From positions 64,001 to 128,000 of the forward strand of contig CAWJQC010000004.1 in assembly GCA_963844965.1 (NCBI GenBank): a stretch of DNA of 64,000 bases, given 5' to 3'. Of this stretch, positions 54,307 to 63,919 are shown piece after piece. Position 1 is the first letter of the stretch. Every line of letters begins with the position of its first letter. The stretch comes from an uncultured bacterium (GTDB lineage Bacteria; Patescibacteriota; Minisyncoccia; UBA6257; 2-01-FULL-56-20). The notes below the pieces were generated by a model that was given only the letters and a program-made list of their open reading frames with translations, did no database searches and was not told where the DNA came from. The position numbers and the translations under genes are program-made.

Positions 54307-57104
54307 ATGCCCGAAGAATTTCCTACGCGCTACGACATAAAGGAAGTTGAAACGAAAATCTACGACCTATGGGAAAAGTCTGGGTTTTTCAATCCCGATG
54401 TTTGCGTTGAAAAAGGCGCGACGAAACCGGACGCCGAACCTTTTTCCATCGTCCTGCCGCCGCCGAACGTAACCGGCACCTTGCACATCGGCCACGCCTT
54501 TGAGGACGCGATCCAAGACACCGTTGTCCGCTACGAGCGCATGCGCGGCAAGCGGACGCTCTGGGTTCCCGGGACCGACCACGCCGCCATCGCCACGCAG
54601 GCGAAAGTGGAGGAACTTCTGCGCAAGGAAGGGAAAACGAAATACGACCTCGGCCGGGAGGAATTCCTGCGGCGCGTGAACGAGTTCGCCAAAAATTCTC
54701 ATGACATCATAATCCGCCAGATAAAACGGCTCGGCGCTTCGCTTGATTGGGGCCGCGAGGCATATACGCTTGATGAAAAACGAAATCTCGCCGTCCGCAC
54801 CGCCTTTAAAAAAATGTACGACCTCGGCCTCATTTACCGCGGCGATCGTATCGTGAACTGGGACCCGAAGCTACAGACCACCGTCTCCGACGACGAGGTG
54901 GAATGGATAGACGAAACGACGCCTTTCTACTATCTGAAATATGGGCCGTTCGTCATCGGCACGGCAAGACCGGAAACGAAGTTTGGCGACAAATACGTCG
55001 TCATGCATCCGGACGACGAACGCTATAAAAAATATAAACACGGCGAAAAGATAGAACTTGAATGGATAAACGGGTCGGTCACGGCAACAATTATCAAGGA
55101 TAAGGTCATTGACGTGAATTTCGGCACGGGCGTGATGACAATCACACCATGGCACGACATGACGGACTTTGACATCGCGGAAAGGCATCGCCTGGATAGG
55201 GAGCAGATAATCGACCTGCGCGGCAAACTGCTGCCCATCGCCGGCGAATTCGCCGGAACGCCTATCGCCAAGGCCCGGCCGCTCATTATTGAAAAACTAA
55301 GAACAAAGGGTCTCGTGGAAAAGATTGACGAACATTACGCCCATCGCGTCGCCACGAACAGCCGCGGCGGCGGCCTCATCGAACCGCAGATCCTCAAACA
55401 ATGGTTCGTCAAGGTAAACTCCAAGTTCCAAATCCCAATTTCCAACCTAAAAGGGATAAAAAGCGGCCAAGAGGTGACGCTCAAGGAACTTATGAAAAAA
55501 GTCGTGGAGTCGGGGCAAATAAAAATCATACCCGGACAGTTTGAAAAAATTTACTATCATTGGATAGACAACCTGCGCGACTGGTGCATCTCGCGCCAGC
55601 TTTGGTTCGGGCACAGAATTCCGGTGTGGTATTGCCTCGCCTGCGGCGAGCCGCAAGTTGAACCGAAAATAAAATCGCGATGGTTCCTGGTGCGGCACGG
55701 AGAAACAGACTGGATCAAAGAGGGGCGGCACATGGGACATAAAGAGGTTCCCATGAATGAAACCGGCAAGCAGCAAGCGATGGTAGCCGGCGAACGGCTC
55801 GCAAACGAAAAAATTGATCTGATAATTTCTTCCACCACCATGCGCTGCAAAGAAACCGCCGAAATTATCGCGAAAAAACTGGGTGTCAAAATTATTTTTG
55901 ACGAACGTCTGCGCGAGCGCGGCAGTGGCGAATGGGAAGGACTGCTGCATGCGGAAATCAGGGAAAAATACAAACCTCTGGAGCAAAAATATGGACCGAG
56001 GAGTGGAACAAGCGCGCGCGCTATGAATTCAAACCGCCGGGAGGAGAAAATTGGCTGGAACTTGAAAAGCGCGTAATTCAATCGTTCAAAGAGCACAAAC
56101 TTCGATACGCCGACAAAAATATCGCGATTGTCACCCACGCCGGTCCGATCAGGATCCTGGAAAAAAATCTTAAAAACAAATCATTTGAAGAAGTGGTGGG
56201 ATTAATACCCGAGAATGCCGAGATTGCTAAGCTTTCAATCGCAACTGCTTCCTGTAAAAAATGTGGCAGTGATACTTACGAGCAGGATCCCGATACTCTG
56301 GATACCTGGTTCTCCTCCGCTATGTGGACGTTCTCAACTCTCGGCTGGCCTGAAAAAACCTCCGACCTCAGAACCTACCATCCAACCTCTTTGATGGCGC
56401 CGGGGTATGAAATCCTTTTCTTCTGGGTGGCGCGGATGATACTCATGAGCGGCTGTCTTTTGGGAGAAATCCCCTTCCGCACGGTTTATCTCCACGGCAT
56501 TGTGCGCGACAAGCAGGGCAAGAAATTCAGCAAATCCAGCGGTCACGCGCTTGACCCCCTGGAACTAGCCGACAAATACGGAGCGGACGCCCTGCGCATG
56601 GCTTTAATTGCCGGAGCGGCGCCGGGAAACGACGTGCAATTTGACGAGAATAGGGTCAAGGGCTACAGGAATTTTTCAACCAAGATATGGAACGTAGCGC
56701 GGTTTGTTTTACTAAACAAACCGCCGCAGACAGACGCTGACAAGACGCGGACAGCCGCGGACATTGCTGGCCGACCAGAGATAAAGGAGTTTGAGGCAAT
56801 TAAATCGGAAATAACGAAACATCTTGATGAATACGAACTGCATCTCGCAAGCGAAAAGATTTACCACTACTTCTGGCACACTTTCGCCGACAAAATAATT
56901 GAACAGGAAAAAGCCAACCTGCGGACAGCCGCCGACAAGACGCAGACAGACGCAGACATTGCGAGACGGGCAGAATCCTATGCCCTACTGGGATACATTC
57001 TCGTCGGTTCGCTTAAACTACTCCACCCTTTCATGCCGTTCGTAACAGAAGAGATTTATCAAAAATTTGAACTAAATAAGCTTCTCTTGACCGAAAAATG
57101 GTAA
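54307..57104 (+). CDS. valS: Valyl-tRNA synthetase with an inserted histidine-phosphatase (PGAM-like) domain; 1-nt deletion in an A6 run near 55987-55993 splits it into two ORF-track pieces
   Basis: PPPNVTGTLHIGHA (HIGH), GKKFSKSSGH (KMSKS), VLDTWFSS. Between WYCLACGE and CKKCGSD lies a ~190-aa block: FLVRHGETDW...SSTTMRCKETA...GSGEWEG...AIVTHAGPIRIL, the RHG histidine-phosphatase signature. Frame repair CAAAAATATGG to CAAAAAATATGG restores ...KPLEQKIWTEEW... Confidence 0.85.
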
Positions 57105-57167
57105 ACGTTGACAAATTATGAATAGTGTGCTAGCATTGCATTAGCTTGCCACAAGGAGGGCTTTGCA

Positions 57168-57509
57168 ATGCAAATCTGGAAATGGAACAAAGAAGGGACG
57201 GGGTTGGTGAAATCGCGGTTCATGGCTTTCCCGCCGAGGAGAACTACTCTTCAAGAATTACTTCTCGGTCACCTCAAGAAAAATGATGGCAGGGGACAAT
57301 ATTGGATTGTATTCACAGAAAAAGAGGAGGGTGCAATCCGCAAGATGATATCTCCGTTTTTCCCCAAAACAATCCCGACCAGCGAAATACTTAACGCGCT
57401 TCTGTCTCCCGTGAGGAAAATATGGGCTGGCCCGCTTACCGCAACATATATTACCAAGAGTGGTATATTGGACGGCACACCTACTTTCCTAGCGATCATG
57501 ATTGACTAG
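57168..57509 (+). CDS. Hypothetical protein (113 aa)
   Basis: ORF only. Confidence 0.35.
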   Translation: MQIWKWNKEGTGLVKSRFMAFPPRRTTLQELLLGHLKKNDGRGQYWIVFTEKEEGAIRKMISPFFPKTIPTSEILNALLSPVRKIWAGPLTATYITKSGILDGTPTFLAIMID

Positions 57510-57619
57510 CACATCATGCATTCTGCTGTGTAATACACAGACGGCACAGGGCCCGAGCGCGTTCTCACTCTTGGGCCCTTTTACTTTAAAAATCTTCCAA
57601 TTATATATAAAATGATTAT

Positions 57620-58297
57620 GTGAGTATTCTGACACTCATCCTCGCTCTTCTTCCCGGCTTCGCCTGGCTTCTTTTTTATCTGGAAGAAGACCTTCATCCG
57701 GAGCCGAAGCGGCTCATCGCCTACACATTTGTGATAGGAATGGCCTCGGCTTTTTTCGCGCTCGCCATAGAAATATTTTTCAAGTCTATTTTCAATAACG
57801 CGGGCGTCGCGGAACTTTCCCTGCTCCCGCTGCTCGTCTTCGCCTTTGTGGAAGAGATCATCAAATTCGGGGCAGCTTACCTGGCCGTTCACAAAAATCC
57901 TGCTTTTGACGAACCGGTGGACGCCATGATCTACTGCGTGGTCGCGGCCCTTGGATTCGCCACCGTGGAAAACATCGGTGCCTTGACCGGCGGTTATTCA
58001 GCGCAAACGGCGCTTTTAAGCCAGGTCTTCGCCGCGACCTCAACCCGATTCGTAGGCGCCACGCTTCTACATTCTCTCGCCTCGGCACTGGTCGGCTATT
58101 ATTGGGCGGTCGGCATCAGGGATATGCGGGTCAAAAAATATGTTCTATGGGGATTGCTCATCGCCACCGTCTTGCACGCCATTTTCAACTATCTTATAAT
58201 TATCTATGGAAACGTGGCCTACGTAGCTGTGTTTCTTTTAGTAATAGGTTTCTTTGTTCTCAGCGATTTTGAGAAATTAAAAAGAAGGTCGATATAA
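57620..58297 (+). CDS. PrsW-family intramembrane metalloprotease
   Basis: Conserved EExxK (VEEIIKFG), FATVEN and HAIFN motifs in TM helices. Confidence 0.65.
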   Translation: MSILTLILALLPGFAWLLFYLEEDLHPEPKRLIAYTFVIGMASAFFALAIEIFFKSIFNNAGVAELSLLPLLVFAFVEEIIKFGAAYLAVHKNPAFDEPVDAMIYCVVAALGFATVENIGALTGGYSAQTALLSQVFAATSTRFVGATLLHSLASALVGYYWAVGIRDMRVKKYVLWGLLIATVLHAIFNYLIIIYGNVAYVAVFLLVIGFFVLSDFEKLKRRSI

Positions 58298-58398
58298 TAA
58301 AAAATTAAAAATTTAAAAATCAAAAATAAAAATGACTGAGTTCGCGAAGCGAACATCTGCATTTTACATTTTGATGTTTACATTTTAAATTTCCTATC

Positions 58399-58884
58399 AT
58401 GGACGACGAAAAGTTTTTTGAAGAATTAGCCAGCGGAAAATCCGCGGCCGACGAAGAATACAAGGTTGAACTCGCAAAGGCCGAATCCGTTCCCGCAAAA
58501 AAAATGCAAAAAGAACTAAAAGAGTCAAAGAACGAGGTGCCGGACAGCGAATCCGAGGGACAGCTCACAATTGACGTCTATCAAACACCGTCGGACATAG
58601 TGGTGGAGTCGGCGATAGCCGGAGTCAATCCCGACGACATAGACATAGACGTAACCAACGATTCCATCACCATAAAGGGCTCGCGTCATAGGGATAAAGA
58701 AGTTAAGGATGAAGATTATTTCTACCAAGAATGTTACTGGGGAAGATTTTCCCGCTCTGTGATACTGCCACAGGAGGTTGACCCTGAAAGCGCGGACGTA
58801 AAATTCAAAAACGGGATTCTCACGGTGCGCCTGCCGAAGCTGATCAAACAGAAATCCAAGAAACTAAAGGTCAAGGTGGAATAG
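58399..58884 (+). CDS. Small heat-shock protein (Hsp20/alpha-crystallin family)
   Basis: alpha-crystallin domain: LTIDVYQTPSDIVVESAIAGVNPDDIDIDVTNDSITIKGSR...GILTVRLPK. Confidence 0.75.
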   Translation: MDDEKFFEELASGKSAADEEYKVELAKAESVPAKKMQKELKESKNEVPDSESEGQLTIDVYQTPSDIVVESAIAGVNPDDIDIDVTNDSITIKGSRHRDKEVKDEDYFYQECYWGRFSRSVILPQEVDPESADVKFKNGILTVRLPKLIKQKSKKLKVKVE

Positions 58885-58980
58885 GAACGGCCGCCGGGTA
58901 TTGCAAATTTCGGCGAACGATGCTAATATACGCGTTGTTAGCGGGAGTTTAATGTTACCTGCCGGCAGGCAGATTCACAA

Positions 58981-59178
58981 ATGTTTCCCATGAGACAATG
59001 CTCCATTTGCGGCAAGGGTTCGCAAATCGGAGGAAAAAGGATCCTTCTCCGCGGACACTACAATCCGACCAACAAATCCAGAAAATATCCCAATCTTCAG
59101 TGGGCGCGTGTTGAGGGCGTCCGGAAACTTATCTGCACGAATTGCCTGAAGACATTGCATAAAAATATCTCAAAATAA
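58981..59178 (+). CDS. rpmB: 50S ribosomal protein L28
   Basis: 65 aa; CSICGKGSQIGGKRILLRGHYNPTNKSRKYPNLQWARV...CTNCLK, L28 Zn-ribbon form. Confidence 0.8.
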   Translation: MFPMRQCSICGKGSQIGGKRILLRGHYNPTNKSRKYPNLQWARVEGVRKLICTNCLKTLHKNISK

Positions 59179-60014
59179 TGGCCTACCGCCCAGAACTTGT
59201 AAAATTGGTTTCGGAACGGGAAACCGAGGAGAAAGTGAAAAAACTCAGAAAGTTCATAGAAAACGCCGCAGCCGCGGATCGAAAAGAGGGTGTCCCAGTC
59301 GACACGGAGGGGCGGGTTGACATGCGGGCATTTCGCGGCCTGTATGCCGACGTTGAAAAAGACCGGGCAAACGTGCAAATGTGGTTTAAAGAAGAATTCT
59401 CCAAGAAACAGCCCGGTCAATCAGAAGGCCAATTTACGCGCGACGGAGAAAAATTGGAGCTGCTTATCCACGCCATTCTGTATAAAAATCTCCGCTCGGA
59501 ATACATCGTCGCGCGTTCAGCGCTTTTTGACGATATACATGGGGGTATAGATAACGGTCTTTTTGATAAAGAAACCGGCAGTCCGATTTGCGTGTTTGAC
59601 GATGTTGGCGATACTAACGATGAAAGATACAGGGACAAACAAAGTGGCGTTAAGAAACTCAACCTTGAAAAAGGGGGTGCCGACCTGAAATATGGGCTGA
59701 GGATGGAGAACGTGGGTGGTAAGAAAAAAATCGTGCCAAGCGCCGTTAGCAATATTCCTATTTTCTACATTGCCCTCCCCAAGGTTATGATCGATAGGGG
59801 CTTGAAGGAATTTGCTCCGTCACCAACAGAACAATCGGAATTTGAGAAAAAATTATTTGAATATATCTTGAAAGCTATGATGATTCAAATCAAAGATCTT
59901 GAAGTGTATATGCACAGCGGACGTCTCAATCAAAATCTGAGCGACAGGATCGCCGCCTTCAAAAAGACAATCATATCTCTCCAGGCCGCGAAAAGTTATC
60001 AGGCCGCGGCATAA
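59178..60014 (+). CDS. Hypothetical protein (278 aa)
   Basis: ORF only; start overlaps the rpmB stop. Confidence 0.4.
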   Translation: MAYRPELVKLVSERETEEKVKKLRKFIENAAAADRKEGVPVDTEGRVDMRAFRGLYADVEKDRANVQMWFKEEFSKKQPGQSEGQFTRDGEKLELLIHAILYKNLRSEYIVARSALFDDIHGGIDNGLFDKETGSPICVFDDVGDTNDERYRDKQSGVKKLNLEKGGADLKYGLRMENVGGKKKIVPSAVSNIPIFYIALPKVMIDRGLKEFAPSPTEQSEFEKKLFEYILKAMMIQIKDLEVYMHSGRLNQNLSDRIAAFKKTIISLQAAKSYQAAA

Positions 60015-60085
60015 CGGCGGTCAAAAACGGAGTATCGTATAATGGTAGTGCCTGCCGGCAGGCAGGCACATGCATGGCCCAGCAC

Positions 60086-60154
60086 TAAAATTTTCGGGCT
60101 GTAGTATAGCGGCAGTACGCACCCTTGGGGTGGGTGTAGACCGGGTTCGACTCC
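60086..60154 (+). tRNA. tRNA-Pro (anticodon GGG)
   Basis: Acceptor GGGCTGT/GCAGCCC, anticodon arm CACCC-TTGGGGT-GGGTG, T-arm CCGGG-TTCGACT-CCCGG (one nucleotide short, possibly an indel), discriminator G. Its last two nucleotides overlap the start of a 159-bp inverted repeat. Confidence 0.7.
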
Positions 60155-60311
60155 CGGCAGCCCGACATAACGGAACTTGCATCAACTTTTTCAAAATCAA
60201 CGCGCTCGCTTCGCTCGCTGTCTTTATGCACGAGGGGCAAATGGAGAAGCAAATCCGTAACTACTTTCCATTCGTCTTTCCAATCCCAAAAAATTTCCCT
60301 GTCCCGCAGGC

Positions 60312-61686
60312 GGCGGTTCGTTCCGATTTTCCCCGCAAAGGATTTTATGGCGTCGAATTCTTCGGACGAAGCCAGTTTTGCCGCGTGAAACGCGGATATA
60401 ATCCATTCCCGCAATGGTTCGATCCAATAGTTTCCCCTCCGCCCGCAATCATCATTCTGCTTGGACAAGGAAACTTTAGTTTTGATAAGCTCGTCCTTTT
60501 TGGCAAGATAGATTTCTTTTTCAATTGAGCCGTCCAAAAAGGCGTTCACGAGCTTGTCTAATTTCTGCTCGGTTTCCTTGAGTTGGGTTTCGAGATTGCG
60601 GGCGGAATTCTCCGAAGATTGGATGCCTTCTTTTTCCCACGCTTCCACTTGAACCAGCATTTTCTCTTTCCAATCTTCGGGGATGGCGACCTCCGAGATT
60701 TTCTCTTTGAGCTGTTGCACGAGTAAATCTTCGCGCAGATAGCTTTGTGAACACGGGCCAAGCCGTTTCGTACAGCGATAATACTTGTAGAGGCCGCCGT
60801 TCCCTTTCGCGTATTGGGCGGTGATGGCCGCGCCGCACTCGCCGCAGGTGAGCAATCCGGTGAACGGGAAATAATGACGCTTCTTGGAGTGGCGCGGCTT
60901 GGCTTTGTTCCTCAAAACCTCCTGCACTTTCTTGAAGGTCGCCTCGGGAACTATCGGCAGGAAATTGCCGACATAGCTCTCGCCGTTGTGTTTTATCACT
61001 CCGAGATAGGCGGAGTTCGTGAGCATCCGTTGGAGCGTGGCCTTCGGCATGGGATTTCCCGTACCGCTCACGATGCCGAAAAACTGGAAGCGGGCGGCGA
61101 GCGTCTTTAGGGTGTGCCTCCCTTCGGCGTATTCCTCAAAAACTTTTCTGATGATTCTCGCCCGCACGGGGTCGGGTTCGATGTTCCGCGTCTTGGGATT
61201 GTTGAGGTAACCGAAGGGGGCTTTGGTCGGCCACTCGCCGCGCCGCAATTTCTGCCGGATGCCGCGCTTCACGTTCTCGGAAAGGTTATCGCTGTAATAC
61301 TTGGACTGGCCGAAGGCGACCTGCAACATGAAAAGTCCCTGCGGGGTCGGCTCAAACCAGAACGTCGGGAACTTCAGCGAGGCAATCTTCTGGGTATCGA
61401 TGAGGTAGATGATTTGGCCGCCGTCTATGGAGTTGCGAGCCAATCGGTCGGGATGCCACGCCAATATGCCGACGGGTTCTTTGCTCTCGTGAATTTTCTT
61501 GATAAGGTCGCCGAACACTTCCCTGCCCGGACTTTTCGCGCTCTTGCTCTCGATGAAGGTCTCGATAATCTTTATATGTTCCCGTTTAGCGAACTCGGCA
61601 AGCTCCGCGAGTTGGGCTTCAATGCTCATCACCTGCCGTTCCTCGTCCTCGGTGGACTTGCGGGCATAGAGGAAATATGGGGTCAT
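60312..61686 (-). CDS. Large serine recombinase (body; the C-terminus continues into the left IR, and the annotated tail beyond 60153 is read-through antisense to tRNA-Pro)
   Basis: YARKSTEDEERQVMSIEAQ catalytic motif, recombinase domain, zinc ribbon CGECGAAITAQY...YYRCTKR, coiled-coil C-terminus. Confidence 0.8.
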
Positions 61687-61759
61687 ATCAATATTATAGC
61701 GTCATCACGCCATATAGCGCAATAGTGCCCTGCCTGATACGATATTCATAAGAATACTC

Positions 61760-61963
61760 ATGGATATAGCGGCTAAATTCGGACAGAAGATAAAGAGGTT
61801 GCGATTGAGCGGAAAGATGTCTCAAGGTGGCCTCGCCAAGAAGCTCGGCGTTGGTGCTTCCTATGTCAGCAAGATAGAGCGTGGCATACAAAACGTATCT
61901 CTTAAGGGCGTGGAGAAATTAGCCGATGCGTTGGGCGTACCACCCGACCGCCTCTTGAAATAA
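61760..61963 (+). CDS. XRE-family helix-turn-helix transcriptional regulator
   Basis: 67 aa; IKRLRLSGKMSQGGLAKKLGVGASYVSKIERGIQNVSLKGVEKLADALGV, a classic HTH_3 domain. Confidence 0.7.
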   Translation: MDIAAKFGQKIKRLRLSGKMSQGGLAKKLGVGASYVSKIERGIQNVSLKGVEKLADALGVPPDRLLK

Positions 61964-62719
61964 CTGGCCTCGTCCGAAAGTTTCGGATAGATAAAATCCG
62001 CAAGGGAAAAATCGGGACAAAGATTCTTTCTTGTCGCAATTCACTTGCGACGAACCGCCGCCTGCGGGACAGGGAAATTTTTTGGGATTGGAAAGACGAA
62101 TGGAAAGTAGTTACGGATTTGCTTCTCCATTTGCCCCTCGTGCATAAAGACAGCGAGCGAAGCGAGCGCGTTGATTTTGAAAAAGTTGATGCAAGTTCCG
62201 TTATGTCGCAGTTGCTGAACGCTGTACGAACCTATTTTATCGAAAATCCGAGGGATTAGCCACCGGATTTACCCCTTCATTCACCCCTTCATTCGGGTAT
62301 GCTCGGAATGAAGGGGTAGCAAGTCCTGATTGCCCTGAAAACGCTGGGCTTTTTGACTCTCGCCGGACAAAACCAGAAGTCCTACTTCACTCCGGTTTGC
62401 CTAGTCAATCACCCCGTCAATCACGATTGACTACCCTGACGGCCATTCCGCCCTTACGAGACCTCGCTTTTCTCAAAAATCCTGACCCCCGACAATACCC
62501 CTAAACGGGTCTGTGCTCAGCCCCTCAGCCGCTCACTGTTGTTCGGGCTTCGGGGCTTCGCGTATGGCGCGCCCAAATTCCTCCCCCAACCCCTCCTTTG
62601 GGGCGCGCCGAGGGCGGTTGCGGCAACCCTTGGAACAGGGTATGGTTGAGATATCCACGCATAGGCGATGAAGCTCGCCGCAACCGCCCTTAGGGGCTGA
62701 TAGCTTCTATCTCAAAAAG

Positions 62720-62923
62720 ATGGAAGTTTTTTATTTATTGCTCATCATAGGATTAATCTTCGGCTCGCTCGGTGCGCTCATGGCCTACCTCATCACCTAC
62801 AAGGAATGGATGCATCATTACACATCGCCGAAGATTCCCCGACGTATAGCTCTTGAGACGGCGGTGTTCACACTCGTCTTTTTCATTGTGGTCGCCATGC
62901 TCGTCGGGGCATTCGTCAAATAG
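62720..62923 (+). CDS. Small two-TM membrane protein
   Basis: 67 aa, hydrophobic. Confidence 0.35.
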   Translation: MEVFYLLLIIGLIFGSLGALMAYLITYKEWMHHYTSPKIPRRIALETAVFTLVFFIVVAMLVGAFVK

Positions 62924-62959
62924 CGGTTTCTTGCCTCCAGCCCCCCGATACGCTACGAC

Positions 62960-63919
62960 TTACAATATCGCGTTGAATAGATAGCCCGTAAAGACAATCC
63001 CTAACGCTACGATGCCAGCGAAAATGAGTATGAGTTTCGGCTTCATCACCTTTTTCAAAATCATGAACTCCGGCAGGGATAGCGCGGTAACGGACATCAT
63101 AAAAGCAAGTGTGGTGCCCATCGCCACGCCTTTTTCGGTTAATGCGCTCACGAGCGGAATAACGCCTGCGGCGTTGGAATAAAGCGGAATACCGATAAGG
63201 ACGGCGAGCGGCACGGCATACCACGTTCCGCCTCCTGCGTAGCGGGCGATGAGTGAGGCGGGGACGTATCCGTGAATCCACGCACCCACGCCGATGCCGA
63301 CAACGACGTACAACCAGACCCTTTTCAAAATATTCAGAACGTAATCCTTGGCGTAGACGACCCGCTCCTTCCTCGTCATGTGGGGCGAATCAAAGTTCCC
63401 ATTCGCGGCATTTTGATAGATAAACGGCTCGACCAGATTCTCCATTTTCATTTTGCCAATGATTGCTCCCGAAAGCATGGCGATGACAAGACCGCTCGTT
63501 ATATAGATTGCCGCTATCTTCCAACCGAAAAGACCAAGGAGCATCACGAGCGCAACCTCGTTAATCATCGGCGAGGCGACGAGGAAAGAGAAAGTTGTTC
63601 CTAAGGGCACGCCCGCCTGCACGAATCCCAAAAACAACGGGATGGCCGAGCAGGAGCAGAACGGCGTGACGATGCCGAGGAGCGAAGCAAGCACGTTTCC
63701 GACGTACTGTTTTTTATGCGCCAAGACCGCACGCACTTTCTCCGGCGGCAAATAGGAACGGACGATGGACACGGCGAAGATGATGACCGCAAGGAGTAGA
63801 AATATCTTCGTCGTATCAAGGATAAAGAAATCTACCGCGCTTCCAAGGAGTGTGTTCGGCGCGATGCGGAACAGGCCATAAGTCATCCAGTCGGCCAATA
63901 ACTGGAGGGGGTAAAACAT
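62960..63919 (-). CDS. Predicted permease (DUF318/ArsP-like family, CSCS motif)
   Basis: 319 aa, about 8 TM; TPFCSCSAIP motif typical of the UPF0718/ArsP permease family. Confidence 0.55.
   Translation of the reverse strand: MFYPLQLLADWMTYGLFRIAPNTLLGSAVDFFILDTTKIFLLLAVIIFAVSIVRSYLPPEKVRAVLAHKKQYVGNVLASLLGIVTPFCSCSAIPLFLGFVQAGVPLGTTFSFLVASPMINEVALVMLLGLFGWKIAAIYITSGLVIAMLSGAIIGKMKMENLVEPFIYQNAANGNFDSPHMTRKERVVYAKDYVLNILKRVWLYVVVGIGVGAWIHGYVPASLIARYAGGGTWYAVPLAVLIGIPLYSNAAGVIPLVSALTEKGVAMGTTLAFMMSVTALSLPEFMILKKVMKPKLILIFAGIVALGIVFTGYLFNAIL

Larger units (their letters stand above)
60153..62208. mobile_element. IS-like / invertible element bounded by perfect 159-bp inverted repeats (60153-60311 and 62050-62208), carrying a large serine recombinase and an XRE-family HTH gene
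   Basis: The reverse complement of 62050-62208 is identical to 60153-60311 (checked base by base). The left IR encodes the recombinase C-terminal ~53 aa; the element abuts the tRNA-Pro 3' end. Confidence 0.75.

Noticed and set aside
60085-60152. Recombinase C-terminal tail extending through tRNA-Pro (ORF 60085..61686)
   Set aside because: The final ~23 residues are the antisense translation of the tRNA. The functional protein most likely ends within or near the inverted repeat, so this is read-through of an ORF caller rather than real overlap.
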